Virus record (IMG/VR): IMGVR_UViG_3300021082_000036
Coordinates: 1-48,272 of that record
DNA: 48,272 bases
From: a virus
Lineage: Duplodnaviria; Caudoviricetes
Strand: one strand, 5' to 3'
Shown here: positions 34,334 to 44,678 of the stretch, in pieces
Layout: every line of letters starts with the position of its first letter
Numbering within the stretch: position 1 is the stretch's first letter
The notes under the pieces: model-generated
Seen by the model: the letters and a program-made list of their open reading frames with translations, nothing else
Database searches by the model: none
Told to the model about the DNA's origin: nothing
Translations under genes and position numbers: made by a program

Positions 34334-35179
34334 CTACCCCAAGGTGATGACATAGAGGATGCCGTGGTAGCCGGGGCTGTCCGCGCCCGGACCACCGGAG
34401 GAGTTCCCGGCCACCGCGTGGGTGTGCGCTCCGTCGGCGGAGATCGAATGCTGGTGGTTCCCGACGCCGTCGATGTGGAGTCCGTGGCCGTGGCTGCCGT
34501 CGCCGCCGACCCCGGCGCTTGAGTAGTTGAGGCTGTCGACGGGGTCGAAGAAGGCACCCGCTGTGCCCTGCTGGCGGGTGATGTAGTTCGGCCCGGCGAT
34601 GTTGAAGGTGTGCCCGTGTGCCCCTCCTCCATCGACGCCACCGCTGTGGCTGTGGCCTCCCGCCGCTCCGTCCGCGCCACCGTGGGAGTGGCTCCCCTTC
34701 GAGTCCGTGTTCAGCGCGATCCCGTGATGGTGAGAGGGGCCGCGCTGGCCCATCGGCCTGCCGTCGTTGTCGGTCAGCGCAGCCAGGATCGAGCCGATCC
34801 CAAACAGCGTCCGGTCCCGGTAGTCGGGGACGTTGAACGAGTTCACGTCGACCGCCCCGTAGGTGGTGCCGATGGCCTCGAACAGGCCCGGATAGGTGAG
34901 CCGGGCCACCGACTGGCCGTTGCAGGGGAGCGAGCCGGGCGGAGCGACTGGCCCCGCGAAGGGCAGCACGATCCCGGCGGCGAGGTTTCGGACCGAGCCT
35001 GTGCCGGGCGAGAAGGTGCCGAAGATCGAGGAGGCCGGAAGCTGGATCCCCGACTGCTCGATGAAGCGCTTCAGCCAGACGAGGAACTCGGGCGGGAAGA
35101 CGGTCGGGTCGCCGAGCGTGTACTCGGCGGTGTCCTTCCGGCGCTCGACATCGACGATGCCCTCGTCACGGCTGCTCAC
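34334..35179 (-). CDS. tail collar / short fibre protein
   Basis: Collar motif G.VLPFAG..APPG.LPCNGQ.V.R..YP.LFEAIGTTYG...FNVPDYR, plus repeated HxH motifs. Confidence 0.85.
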   Translation of the reverse strand: MSSRDEGIVDVERRKDTAEYTLGDPTVFPPEFLVWLKRFIEQSGIQLPASSIFGTFSPGTGSVRNLAAGIVLPFAGPVAPPGSLPCNGQSVARLTYPGLFEAIGTTYGAVDVNSFNVPDYRDRTLFGIGSILAALTDNDGRPMGQRGPSHHHGIALNTDSKGSHSHGGADGAAGGHSHSGGVDGGGAHGHTFNIAGPNYITRQQGTAGAFFDPVDSLNYSSAGVGGDGSHGHGLHIDGVGNHQHSISADGAHTHAVAGNSSGGPGADSPGYHGILYVITLG

Positions 35180-36720
35180 GTCGTGACCTTGGCCCGGTCC
35201 TGACTGGTCTGCTGGACGCCGACAGCGTAGAAGCGGTGGATCCGCGAGGGTGTCAGGGCCGAGACGCGCACCATCAGCCCGAAGCCGCGCTTGCCGACGG
35301 GCAGCTTCTTGCGCGAGTACTCGATCACGTCAGGCAGCTTCCCTGCCTCCACCCACCCGGTCACCGAGCCTGTCGCGAAGTCGATGTCCTCGGGGGTCGG
35401 CGGGTCGGTGCGGTACTCGACCTTGACCCCGTTCGGCGTCGGCGCTCGCGTGAACGACTGGTGGTGGTAGGAGGTGAAGAGGCTGTGCAGCCGCTGCATC
35501 CCCTCGTCCTTCGAGAGGCGCTCGAAGCCCGTCGTGAACGAGGAGAGGACGGGGACGCCGTTGCCATCGACGTAGTCGGGCAGCGGGTCGGGCGGAGGGA
35601 TCTGGTCTTGGAACATCCGCGAGAGCCGCACCATCCGGTTCGTCGTCAGGTGCCCGACCCAGGACTGCTCCATCGCCGACTCCGAGGGGATGTAGCAGGT
35701 CGCCGGGAAGTTCGTGAAGCGGAACCACGACCGCGTATTGAGGTCGCAGACGACCGTGAAGTTGACCGCGAGCGCGGGAGGCACGGCGCAGTTGACGGTG
35801 ACGACGAGGTAGTCGAGGAAGATCCCCGCCGAGACGGCGTTCGAGATGATCCGGTTCCCGTAGGCCACGCGCCAGAAGTCGCCGATCCCGCCAAGCTCGG
35901 CCAGGTTCCTGACCGTCGAGCCGTCGGTCAGGAAGATCCCGCGCTCGTCCACGAAGATGATGTTCTCGCGCCAGGCCGTGATCGTCTGGGGCAGGGTGCA
36001 GCCGACCTGCTCGGTCAGCGGCTCCACGAACATGTCGGTGTCGACGTCGAGCGCAGGCGGGATCGATCCCCTGATCCGCTCGATGGCGGCGGGGTGGTAG
36101 ACGAGGATCTGTCCGGCCATCGCGGCCATCCCCCCGACCTCGTTCGTCGTCCCGATCCATGAGGTCGTGTCCCAGGCTGCGAGAGGGCCACCGTCCTCCT
36201 CCAGCTGGGAGAAGAAGACCTTCGACGGGCTGGCCGGATCACCAGCGAGAACGAGCCTCGCCTTGTAGGCGATCCCCACCTTCGCCTTCGGAGTCGAGGC
36301 GTGGGAGTCAGCGACGGTGACCGTGGCCCCGTCGTAGGTCACGACCTTGGGCACCGTCAGGCCAGCGCCGTCGAAGAAGTAGACGCGGTCGTTCAGCTTG
36401 ACCCCGTTCTGGACCATCGTCGCCGGGCCTGCGCCGACATCGGTCGCCGCTCCGGTCGTCAGGTTCACGTCCCAGATGCGGGAGTTGGCAACGACCAGCA
36501 GCTTCTCGCCCTTGGTGAAGGAAGCGTGGTAGCCGCCCTGGATCGTGCCGCCGAAGACCGAGGTGAAGTACTCCCAGGCTCCGCGCTGCTCGATCCGTGC
36601 CCCCTTGCGGTTCGGGATCGCGTCGATCAGGTCCCAGAGGTAGCCCGAGGGGAGGGAGTCGACCGCGAAGTCCCGCGTCATCCCCTTGATGTTCTTGAAG
36701 ATCTCGACGGGCTGGGCCAT
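35176..36720 (-). CDS. tail nozzle / stabilisation protein (beta-propeller; P22 gp10 / T7 gp12-like)
   Basis: Size, beta-rich sequence (RLVLAG...VFFS, VGC....I, IFVDERGIF) and position after the adaptor. Confidence 0.65.
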   Translation of the reverse strand: MAQPVEIFKNIKGMTRDFAVDSLPSGYLWDLIDAIPNRKGARIEQRGAWEYFTSVFGGTIQGGYHASFTKGEKLLVVANSRIWDVNLTTGAATDVGAGPATMVQNGVKLNDRVYFFDGAGLTVPKVVTYDGATVTVADSHASTPKAKVGIAYKARLVLAGDPASPSKVFFSQLEEDGGPLAAWDTTSWIGTTNEVGGMAAMAGQILVYHPAAIERIRGSIPPALDVDTDMFVEPLTEQVGCTLPQTITAWRENIIFVDERGIFLTDGSTVRNLAELGGIGDFWRVAYGNRIISNAVSAGIFLDYLVVTVNCAVPPALAVNFTVVCDLNTRSWFRFTNFPATCYIPSESAMEQSWVGHLTTNRMVRLSRMFQDQIPPPDPLPDYVDGNGVPVLSSFTTGFERLSKDEGMQRLHSLFTSYHHQSFTRAPTPNGVKVEYRTDPPTPEDIDFATGSVTGWVEAGKLPDVIEYSRKKLPVGKRGFGLMVRVSALTPSRIHRFYAVGVQQTSQDRAKVTT

Positions 36721-37398
36721 CTAGCCCCCCATGTAGTACGAGGCGTTCGGCACCCGCCCGACCGTTCGCATCGGGTTGCGCCTGCGCGGACCACCGGGCG
36801 TCACGCGCTTGGCGAGGATCCGCTTGATCTTCGCGACCTCACCGCCGTTGCCGTCCTGGCCCTCGTACTGGACGCGCCACTTCTCCCCGTTCCCTGACGC
36901 CTCATGCTGCATGTACTCCCCTGCCTTCCAGAGGCAGTAGGTGATGATCGTCGGGTGGAACTCGGCAGCGAGGCCACCGTAGTCCTTGTGCGAGGGGGAG
37001 TCGGTTTCGAGCGGCATCGGCTGGGGCCGGAAGACTCCGACCACCCGCAGCGTCTGCTCCCCGATGGGGGAGATCCAGAGCAGCGGCTCCTCCCAGCAGT
37101 AGCCCCGTCCGCCCTGGCCCTGGATCCGCTCGATGTCCTCCCGCGTGTAGCGGTCGAGGAAGCCATGCTCGTCGGCGAGGTCGAGCAGGGCGATCAGCGA
37201 GAAGGTGGACATGTCGTGCGTCTGGGTGTCCGCGGTCGTCGTCATGTTGATGATCCGCGCCCCCGGTCGGGTGCGAGCGACGATGTCGCAGATGCCCTCG
37301 TAGATCAGGTCGGTGACGAACGTCGTCTCCGAGAACGTGGTGTCGTCCTGCAGCCCCAGCGTGTACTGGATCCGCTCCATGATCTGCTTGCGGGTCAC
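36721..37398 (-). CDS. head-tail adaptor protein
   Basis: Size, position and helical termini (FHPTIITYCLWKA). Confidence 0.6.
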   Translation of the reverse strand: MTRKQIMERIQYTLGLQDDTTFSETTFVTDLIYEGICDIVARTRPGARIINMTTTADTQTHDMSTFSLIALLDLADEHGFLDRYTREDIERIQGQGGRGYCWEEPLLWISPIGEQTLRVVGVFRPQPMPLETDSPSHKDYGGLAAEFHPTIITYCLWKAGEYMQHEASGNGEKWRVQYEGQDGNGGEVAKIKRILAKRVTPGGPRRRNPMRTVGRVPNASYYMGG

Positions 37399-37598
37399 TC
37401 GATGACCCCCTGGAGATGCTCAACCATCTCCTCGTTCAGGCCCTCGGCGAGCTTCCCGTTCTCGGGCGGCTCGTAGACGGCGAGCTTTGCCTCAAGCTCT
37501 ACGATCCTCGCGTCCCGCGCCTGGATCTCCATGATCAGGGCACGGCGGGTGACCTCCAGATCACCGATGGCTGCGAGCATGACTTCGTGCTGGTTCAT
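37395..37598 (-). CDS. small coiled-coil protein (possible fibre chaperone)
   Basis: AGGAG SD; heptad pattern; follows the fibre gene. Confidence 0.55.
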   Translation of the reverse strand: MNQHEVMLAAIGDLEVTRRALIMEIQARDARIVELEAKLAVYEPPENGKLAEGLNEEMVEHLQGVIE

Positions 37599-37605
37599 TG
37601 TTCTC

Positions 37606-39681
37606 CTAGTTGATTCCGTAGAGGGCCACCTTCGACCCGGCTTTGAGGTTGCCCGATCCGAACGAGGCCAGCAGTGTGATCCGGTTCACGGCGACGTTGC
37701 TCCCTCCGAGCCAGACTCCGGTTCCCATCCCCCAGGAGACATCCCCCGAGCCAGAGTCGTTGATCCTGGCGGTGTAGGTTCCTATCGCGCCGGGGGAACC
37801 CGAGGCAGCCGCATAGTAGGGGATCTCGACCACGAACCTGCTGTTGCCAGCCCCGTTCATGTTGGTGTGAGCGCCCGTGATCCGGGCAACCTCGATCCTG
37901 TTGTCGAGTCCGCTGCCGAGATCGCCTGCGTACTGGTAGCTGCCGCCGCCAGTGTCGTTGTTGAAGCGCAGCCGCAGGAAGTCGCCCTTCTGGGAGGTGT
38001 CCGACCCACGAACCATGCCCTCGATCCGCAGGTGCTTGAAGGTGGCCGGGATGCCCGTGAAGTCGATCACCCCGTCGGCCCCGAGGGTGATCTCCTGAAT
38101 CAGCACCATCGTCCCGACAGCCGCCGTCGTCTGGACGGTGGCGTCGGGGAACTTGATCCCCGCAGCCTTGAAGAAGGCGTTCGTTTCAAGGTTCGCTGGT
38201 GTGGGGCGATAGATGTACTCGGCGCTGGCGCTGCCGAACCAGATCGCGGGTGACCCAGCGTTGGGACCGAGCTTGATCTGCCCCGCGCTTCCCTTGGCAA
38301 CGACGATCTCGCTCCCAGCCCCGCTGCTCAACTCGCCGCCCGACTGGAACGCGCCGTCCGTCTTCAGGGCGCTGGCCCCGGCGCGGTAGAGGGTGGTGTC
38401 GCCAGGGGCAGCCCCACCGCCGAAGGTCATGTAGCCGCCTGAGTTCATCAGGAACCGCCAGTGGGCGTCCCCGACCTGCTGGCTGATCAGCAGCCAGCCG
38501 CTGCCGTCGGCGGGGAGACTGGAGGTCTGGAAGGCGACCTGGCCTGTGTCGCTCCCGATGGACTGGAAGTGGTTTGCCGTGATCTTTGAACCCGTGGACA
38601 GGATTCCTGCGGCGGAGCGGTAGAAGCTGGTGTCGGCGGCGGATCCGAAGTAGATCCCCGCGTTCGCCCCGACCTCCCCGATCACGACCTGGGTGGCTGC
38701 ACCCGTGTTGGCCCAGACCGACATGGTCGCCTTCAGCCTTCCTTCGACCTTCAACTCGTTCGCCGCCGAGCGGTACACCTGCGTGTCCGCCCCCGCAGCC
38801 CCGCCGCCGAAGTACATGTGGCCGTCGTTACTGAGCGTGAAGCGGTTGTCCGCGTCTCCTGCCGCACGGGAGATGATGGTGGCGTAGCCCAGTGGCTTCG
38901 CCCCGTCGTAGATGTAGGAGGCAGCGCCGAGGGAGAGAGTCCCTGCGGGGTAGATCGCCCCGGAGACTCCCAGCGACCCACCAACATAGAGCGTCCCCGC
39001 CCCGGAGCGGTACATGACGACATCGGTTGCGCCTGCGCCTCCCGGCCCCCACTCCATCCGCCCGTTGCCGTCAACCGTGAAGCGGTACGCCGCCTCGGTG
39101 TCGAGCCACGTTCCGAGGATCAGGTTCGTCGCCGCCACCTTGGTGTTGATGTCGAGCGTCCCGTCGCTCAACATCAGATTCTCGGTCGTCAACTGATGGG
39201 GCGTTCCTCGGGCGAGCCAGGTGTCGAGGGGGAGGTTCCCCTGCCCCCACCACATCGTCCCGTTGACGAGCATCTTGAAGTGGTCTGCTCCCGGCCACGG
39301 CTCCAGGTAGTACTCCAGCGCGATGTCGGTCGGGGCGACGGCCTGCTTGTAGATCGGGCCTTCCGTTCCGAGGAATCCCTGCGTCCAGAACCAACTGTCG
39401 AGGTTCAGCCCACCACCACTCCCGGCTGATCGCCAGAGATTCACGTCCGGCGCGGCAGCCCCTCCCGCTCCCCACTGCATCCTTCCGTCGGCGTCGAGCC
39501 GGAAAGCAGGCTGGGTGTCAGCCGCCCCGAAGCGGTTGCGGATCAGGTGGGCGGTGGCCGGGGTGACGACCACGTCGGCGGGGATCCCGACCGCCGCCGC
39601 GAGTCCCTGCTCCAGCTTGTTGAGATTGGCGGCGTTGACGGGGGTGACCCCGTCCTGCCAGATGGTGGGCGTGTAGGTCAT
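37606..39681 (-). CDS. tail fibre protein
   Basis: N-terminal TPVNAANLNKLEQG anchor; about six repeats of G.GGAA.D(T/V).LYRSAA..L. Confidence 0.75.
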   Translation of the reverse strand: MTYTPTIWQDGVTPVNAANLNKLEQGLAAAVGIPADVVVTPATAHLIRNRFGAADTQPAFRLDADGRMQWGAGGAAAPDVNLWRSAGSGGGLNLDSWFWTQGFLGTEGPIYKQAVAPTDIALEYYLEPWPGADHFKMLVNGTMWWGQGNLPLDTWLARGTPHQLTTENLMLSDGTLDINTKVAATNLILGTWLDTEAAYRFTVDGNGRMEWGPGGAGATDVVMYRSGAGTLYVGGSLGVSGAIYPAGTLSLGAASYIYDGAKPLGYATIISRAAGDADNRFTLSNDGHMYFGGGAAGADTQVYRSAANELKVEGRLKATMSVWANTGAATQVVIGEVGANAGIYFGSAADTSFYRSAAGILSTGSKITANHFQSIGSDTGQVAFQTSSLPADGSGWLLISQQVGDAHWRFLMNSGGYMTFGGGAAPGDTTLYRAGASALKTDGAFQSGGELSSGAGSEIVVAKGSAGQIKLGPNAGSPAIWFGSASAEYIYRPTPANLETNAFFKAAGIKFPDATVQTTAAVGTMVLIQEITLGADGVIDFTGIPATFKHLRIEGMVRGSDTSQKGDFLRLRFNNDTGGGSYQYAGDLGSGLDNRIEVARITGAHTNMNGAGNSRFVVEIPYYAAASGSPGAIGTYTARINDSGSGDVSWGMGTGVWLGGSNVAVNRITLLASFGSGNLKAGSKVALYGIN

Positions 39682-39709
39682 CAGCCTGGAGTATGGACGC
39701 AGGTACGGA

Positions 39710-41719
39710 TCACATCGACCTCTCTGTGGTCGGGACGAGCAGCGAGTCCTCTTCCTCCGTTGCCGCCAGCACCACATCCTCCTCCTCTGAGGGGACGAGG
39801 GTGACGGAGCCGTCGGCGGTGGGGACGAGGACCCACGGTACTTCCTGGGTCGGCGGCAGCAGGATGTCGCCGGGGGATGTCGGCCCGAGCCAGTCGTAGG
39901 TGAGCTTGGCTCTGACCTGGGCCTGGCCCTGGATCAGGATCGGCAGGTTCAGCAGCTGGTTCAGCCGGGCGAAGACATCCGCCTGTCCCTGCACCGCCGC
40001 CGCGAGCGCGAGCGTGAGGACGGACTGGGCCTGGGCCTGCGCCTGTCCCTGGATCGCCGCTGCGAACGGGAGGCTCGGGCGCAGCAGCGCCTCGATCTCC
40101 GCCTGCCCGTGGACGGGCACCTCCCAGGAGAGCGTCCGCGTCGTGCCGATGGTGATCACCGAGTGTGGCCCCGAGAAGCCGCCGCAGATGAACGGCCCTC
40201 CGATGGCGAGGACGTTGCAGAGGTTCTCGCCGCAGAGCGGGATGATCGTCTGGATCCGGGCCTCGAAGAGGACGAGCCTGATCACGGTCGGGGTGACGGA
40301 GATCACCGTCGCCGCCCTCACGATGGGGGCCGCGAACGTGACCGTCGTGGATCTATCTGCGGAGATGGCTGCAGCCCCGGAGATCCCGGCGGAGAAGGTG
40401 ATGAAGCTCGCCGTGGCGACGGTGAGATCCGGGGCGACCGTGGCCTTGCCGACGATGGGCGCAACGAGCGACTCCTGTTCGGTGGCCTGAACGCCGACCT
40501 GCCCTGCCCCGGCGACGAAGGTGTCGAAGCCGACGTAGCTCGCGTTCGTGACCGTCAGCGACGGGGCGACTACAGCAGCCCCCGACACAACACAGCCGAA
40601 TGTCACGGTGACCGGAACGCGGACGAGGTCGGCGCTGACAGCCGCCGCCCTTGAGATCACAGCAGCCAGGCCGCGAACCTCGTTCGCCTGCGCGACGACA
40701 GCGGCAGCCCGGTCGATGCTGGCCGCGAGGCCGAGAGCGCGAGCCGTCTGGGCTGCGACCGCAGCCTGGCCCACCACCGTGACGGCGAGGTCCTTCGTGA
40801 CCGTGAGCGAGGCTGCGACCTGCGCCTGGCCTGCGATCAGCCCGTCGAGGAAGTCGATCAGGACGATCTGGAGGTCGACGGCGAGGACGTTCTCCATGCC
40901 TGCCAGGAACTCCCCGGCCTCCCACTCTCCCGCGTAGGGCTGGTTCGTCTGGAGGTCGATGGCGAAGGTGATCGGCGGCGGCACCACCGTCATCCCGACC
41001 GAGACAGCAGCCGCCCTCGCGATGGTCACGGCGGTGTTGCGGAACGGGGTGATCTGAGCGTCGAGCAGCCCCTTGCCGACCACCGAGGCGTCGAGCGGAG
41101 TGATCACCGGGACTTCCTCGATCTCGATGGTGTGAGCGCGGTAGGCCGCGTTCGTCCCCGTCGTCGCGATGGAGTCGGCGGTCGGATTCGAGGTCAGCCC
41201 GAGCCGGGTGTGGACGGCCATCAGGGCCGAGGCCCCGGCAGGCTGGATCGACTGGTTCGTCCAGCCAGCAGGGACGTTCGTCCCGACCTCGGAGTCCGCC
41301 GTGACGCGGGTACCGATCCTGACCCCCATCGAGGAGCCGTCGGTGTCGATCAGGGTCAGCGCCGGGTAGACGATGGTCTGCGTGTTGTTCGCGTTCCCCG
41401 TCGAGGAGCGAGCAGCCGCGGTCTGCAGCTTCTGGCCTGCCGTCGGGCGAAGGACGAGGACGCAGATATGGGTCGCGTTCGTGAACGCGCCCGTCGTGTG
41501 GTTCGTGGCCGTCGCGACGAAGGCCACCGTCGTCAGGCCGATGGAGTTAGCGAGGCCGGACTGCAGCGTCGTCCAGGCGGGGACGGTGCCGCCTGCCGCC
41601 GGGACCGACGGCGCAGCGGCGGTTCCCCGCGCAGAGACGATGATCAGATCGCCGACCGCGTGGGCCGGGATCGCAACGGATGTTGCCGCCGCGGACGCCT
41701 GTCCGACGACTGAGGACAC
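39710..41719 (-). CDS. putative tail or virion appendage protein
   Basis: Ala/Val/Thr-rich repetitive beta-strand protein in the structural operon. Confidence 0.55.
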   Translation of the reverse strand: MSSVVGQASAAATSVAIPAHAVGDLIIVSARGTAAAPSVPAAGGTVPAWTTLQSGLANSIGLTTVAFVATATNHTTGAFTNATHICVLVLRPTAGQKLQTAAARSSTGNANNTQTIVYPALTLIDTDGSSMGVRIGTRVTADSEVGTNVPAGWTNQSIQPAGASALMAVHTRLGLTSNPTADSIATTGTNAAYRAHTIEIEEVPVITPLDASVVGKGLLDAQITPFRNTAVTIARAAAVSVGMTVVPPPITFAIDLQTNQPYAGEWEAGEFLAGMENVLAVDLQIVLIDFLDGLIAGQAQVAASLTVTKDLAVTVVGQAAVAAQTARALGLAASIDRAAAVVAQANEVRGLAAVISRAAAVSADLVRVPVTVTFGCVVSGAAVVAPSLTVTNASYVGFDTFVAGAGQVGVQATEQESLVAPIVGKATVAPDLTVATASFITFSAGISGAAAISADRSTTVTFAAPIVRAATVISVTPTVIRLVLFEARIQTIIPLCGENLCNVLAIGGPFICGGFSGPHSVITIGTTRTLSWEVPVHGQAEIEALLRPSLPFAAAIQGQAQAQAQSVLTLALAAAVQGQADVFARLNQLLNLPILIQGQAQVRAKLTYDWLGPTSPGDILLPPTQEVPWVLVPTADGSVTLVPSEEEDVVLAATEEEDSLLVPTTERSM

Positions 41720-41722
41720 GGG

Positions 41723-42313
41723 CTAGGTGTCCGTGTAGGAGAACGCCCCGGTGTTGATCTGCGCCGTGTCGCCCAGCTGGACGGCCTTCGCTGTCGTGAA
41801 GTCGCCCCACAGCAGCAGGTTGTCCGCCGCCGTCTTCGCGTTGCCGTCGAAGACCGCAAGCTGCGGGATCACGGCTGCGGCGTTCCAGTTGGCGGTGGCC
41901 GTCACCCAGGTGATCGCGTTCGAGTTGACCTTCGCGGCCATGCCGACGATGGTGGCGAAGTTGGTCGTGTTGTTGACCTTCGCCACGCGGTCGTAGGAGC
42001 CACCACTGACCTCGCCTGCGGTGTTGCCGACGTAGGCGGACATGTTCGTCCCTGCCGCCGTCGTCCAGAGGCCGAAGTAGATGTTGCCGGGAGCCGCGAA
42101 GGCGACGGCCCCGAGCACCTCGTTGCGGAGCTTCTCGGAGAAGTAGTTCGACTTCCCCGAGGCCATCAGGATCCGGTCGTAGAACTTCCGCAGCCGGGCC
42201 AGCATCTCCTTGGGGAGATCGGCGTCCTTGAGCGGGTCGCGCAGAAGCTCCGCACCCGCACCAAGCTGGAAGCGGACTGGAGCGAACGTCACTGGCTGAA
42301 ACACTGCGTCCAT
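41723..42313 (-). CDS. phage structural protein (tail-fibre-associated type)
   Basis: EVSGGSYDRV...NSNAITW..ATANW...AVFD...NLLLWG motif. Confidence 0.6.
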   Translation of the reverse strand: MDAVFQPVTFAPVRFQLGAGAELLRDPLKDADLPKEMLARLRKFYDRILMASGKSNYFSEKLRNEVLGAVAFAAPGNIYFGLWTTAAGTNMSAYVGNTAGEVSGGSYDRVAKVNNTTNFATIVGMAAKVNSNAITWVTATANWNAAAVIPQLAVFDGNAKTAADNLLLWGDFTTAKAVQLGDTAQINTGAFSYTDT

Positions 42314-42314
42314 G

Positions 42315-42551
42315 TCATGCCTCCGATGATGCTTGGCCGTGGATCTCTTCCACCTCTAGCTCAACGATGTTGAGTGGGTGCTGAACCGGGTCGTCGTCGG
42401 TCGCCACCCGGAAGCCGTCGTCGCCGCCGTCGACCAACCGGACAGGACCGGACGCGGTGTCCGCGAAGTGAGCGGTGACGCCGTCGATGGTCTGGATCGA
42501 CCTCGGGCCGTCGTAGCTCTCACCGGGCTTCAGCTTTCGGGCGGTACCCAT
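42315..42551 (-). CDS. hypothetical protein
   Basis: ATG at 42551; packed operon. Confidence 0.5.
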   Translation of the reverse strand: MGTARKLKPGESYDGPRSIQTIDGVTAHFADTASGPVRLVDGGDDGFRVATDDDPVQHPLNIVELEVEEIHGQASSEA

Positions 42552-42871
42552 AGTTCCCCCATCCTGGTCAACTCGTCGGACAGACTGAGCCGCGAGCCGA
42601 TCTGCTCCTCGCCGACGTCGTCGTGGCCCAGCTGGATCAGCTGAAGCTCCTTGACGGGGAAGCCGCAGGTCCCGCAGTTGTCGGGGAAGGCTCCCTGCGG
42701 CCTCAGGTCGGCGAAGCACTGGATGCAGAGGTGGCCCTGGCGCAGCCACTCGAAGCCCTCGCGGGTGAAGGTGATCTTCGGCTCGTAGGCGACCCTGCCG
42801 CCCGACAGCTGCCGCACCCGCGAGCGCTCGCCCTCGTCGATGTCGACGATCAGGCCTTCGAGGTAGCTCAC
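42530..42871 (-). CDS. Zn-ribbon hypothetical protein
   Basis: CIQC...CGTCG; GTGA overlap. Confidence 0.55.
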   Translation of the reverse strand: MSYLEGLIVDIDEGERSRVRQLSGGRVAYEPKITFTREGFEWLRQGHLCIQCFADLRPQGAFPDNCGTCGFPVKELQLIQLGHDDVGEEQIGSRLSLSDELTRMGELWVPPES

Positions 42872-43413
42872 GCGACGACCTCTTCGACCTGCTGATCCTT
42901 GAGCGTCTCCTCCAGGGCCTCGATCACAGCCTCGCGGCCAGGGCCGAAGACGCGCTCGTAGGAGAGGGCGCTGTTGAGATCGAATCCCATCTTGACGAGG
43001 CCAGCCACCATCTCGAAGGCAGGCTCGTCGGAGGTGTCCCAGGACGGGTAGGGCGCATCGAGCGGCTTCTCGGTGGCGATGAAGAAGTCGTCGTTCAGAC
43101 CCTCCAGTTCGAGCAGCTTCGCCTCGACGATGCCCCTCGTCTCCAGGTCCTCGACCCATTCGGTGTCGAAGACCGAGAGGCGGTAGAGGACATCAGCCGG
43201 GGTCGCCTCGTCGATGTGCTGGTAGCGCCCCCGGAAGGAGAACGTCTTCATCGCTCGCTCGATCTCGACCTCGTAGATGGCGGCGTCCGACGCTGGCTTG
43301 AACTTGGCGTAGATCGGCTCCGTCGTGACCTGGATCGATCCGTCTCCCATGCCCTTCTGCGCCTGGGGTCGGATCTGGATCCCGTACTCGCCGTACTGAC
43401 TGATCGCTCGCAT
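42868..43413 (-). CDS. hypothetical protein downstream of the capsid gene
   Basis: AGGAGG SD; acidic, with an R..VIEAL C-terminal motif. Confidence 0.65.
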   Translation of the reverse strand: MRAISQYGEYGIQIRPQAQKGMGDGSIQVTTEPIYAKFKPASDAAIYEVEIERAMKTFSFRGRYQHIDEATPADVLYRLSVFDTEWVEDLETRGIVEAKLLELEGLNDDFFIATEKPLDAPYPSWDTSDEPAFEMVAGLVKMGFDLNSALSYERVFGPGREAVIEALEETLKDQQVEEVVA

Positions 43414-43490
43414 GCTTTCCTCCTGGCCTCGGGCCTATCGGGGAGCCACGGCCCGAGGCCGCGGATCCGTGACTCCCCGATGCTACTCGC

Positions 43491-44678
43491 CTACGCGATG
43501 CCCGTGAGCAGGCCGTGCGTCCGCTCCTGGGCCACCGTCCAGCTGGACTCGGTCAGGTACTCAGCCGAGACGCGGTCCATACCGGGACCCTGGCGGTTGG
43601 TCAGGAGCTTCGTGTCGCGATCACGCAGAGGCCGACGCTCGACGTTCGAGATGTCGACGACGAAGAGGTTGCCGTTGAACCCGTTCACGCCGGACGGGTA
43701 GTTCGACCACTCCTTCTTGACCACGACCGGGATCAGGGTGCCGAAGACTCCCGAGAGGAAGCCGTCGACCTGGACGCCGTGGACCTTCTCGTTCGACGGC
43801 TTCCAGAACGCGCCCTGGCCCGAGCGGTTGAAGCGCGAGATGTAGTACGCAGCGATGGTGCCTGCGTAGATCACCTTGTCGGGCGACCCCTTCGCGAGGA
43901 CGGTGGCGAGGAACTGGTCGAGGAAGTCCGACGTCAGTTCGCCTGCCACGTTCTGCTTGTTGGTCTGGATGAACTCGTAGAGTCCACCCGCCGACCCGGT
44001 CACATCGTCGTTGCCGCCACCCGCGACGTTGACGAAGTCGCGAGCGCCGAAGAAGCCGTTGGCCTCCAGCTTCCGCTTATGCTCGACGAGCTTGCGAGCC
44101 GCCTCCTTCGCAGGCTCACGACCGCCGTAAAGCTCGATGGCCGTCGCCGTGCCCGAGAAGGTCCAGCTGGTGCGGTGGATCTGGGTGTAGTTGAAGCCCA
44201 GCACCCGCTGGCTGTACTTCATCGCCGGGATGTCCGCGCCCTGCTTCTGCGCGTCCCCGACGATCAGGAGCTTGTCGCCGATCAGCCCGGCCACCGAGGC
44301 CGCAGGCATGTTGCCCCACGACGGTACGACGGTGAGCGAGCCTGCAGCGTTCGCGGTGACGAGGAGGGCCTCGCCTGTCCGCATGTTCCGCAGGACGTCC
44401 TGGGCGGCGACGGAGACTCCGTCCGCTCCCGAGACGACCACGGTCACGGCACCCGCGGAGTAGTTCGCCGTCACGGTCACGACCGTGTTGACGTACTGCT
44501 CTTCGAGCCAGTTGACCTTCTCGCGTGTCGCCACGCGGTTGACGCTTCTCTGCGTCATGGTCGTGAACTGGGTCTGGTCCGGATCCAGAAGACGCATCTT
44601 CGGATCCATGTCCACGACCTTCTCATCCGCGAGGAACTCCTCGGTCTGGATGAAGTTGCCTACGGCGATGTCCGCCAT
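43491..44678 (-). CDS. major capsid protein (HK97 fold, SU10/DUF5309-like)
   Basis: 395 aa after the scaffold gene; NYTQI.R.....SGTA.A, EHKRKLE....FG and E...VAQERTHG motifs. Confidence 0.85.
   Translation of the reverse strand: MADIAVGNFIQTEEFLADEKVVDMDPKMRLLDPDQTQFTTMTQRSVNRVATREKVNWLEEQYVNTVVTVTANYSAGAVTVVVSGADGVSVAAQDVLRNMRTGEALLVTANAAGSLTVVPSWGNMPAASVAGLIGDKLLIVGDAQKQGADIPAMKYSQRVLGFNYTQIHRTSWTFSGTATAIELYGGREPAKEAARKLVEHKRKLEANGFFGARDFVNVAGGGNDDVTGSAGGLYEFIQTNKQNVAGELTSDFLDQFLATVLAKGSPDKVIYAGTIAAYYISRFNRSGQGAFWKPSNEKVHGVQVDGFLSGVFGTLIPVVVKKEWSNYPSGVNGFNGNLFVVDISNVERRPLRDRDTKLLTNRQGPGMDRVSAEYLTESSWTVAQERTHGLLTGIA

Noticed and set aside
43413-43493. Capsid stop-codon readthrough or -1 frameshift into the next gene
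   Set aside because: Readthrough is out of frame with 43413, the -1 frame hits a TAG just past the capsid stop, and there is no slippery heptamer.
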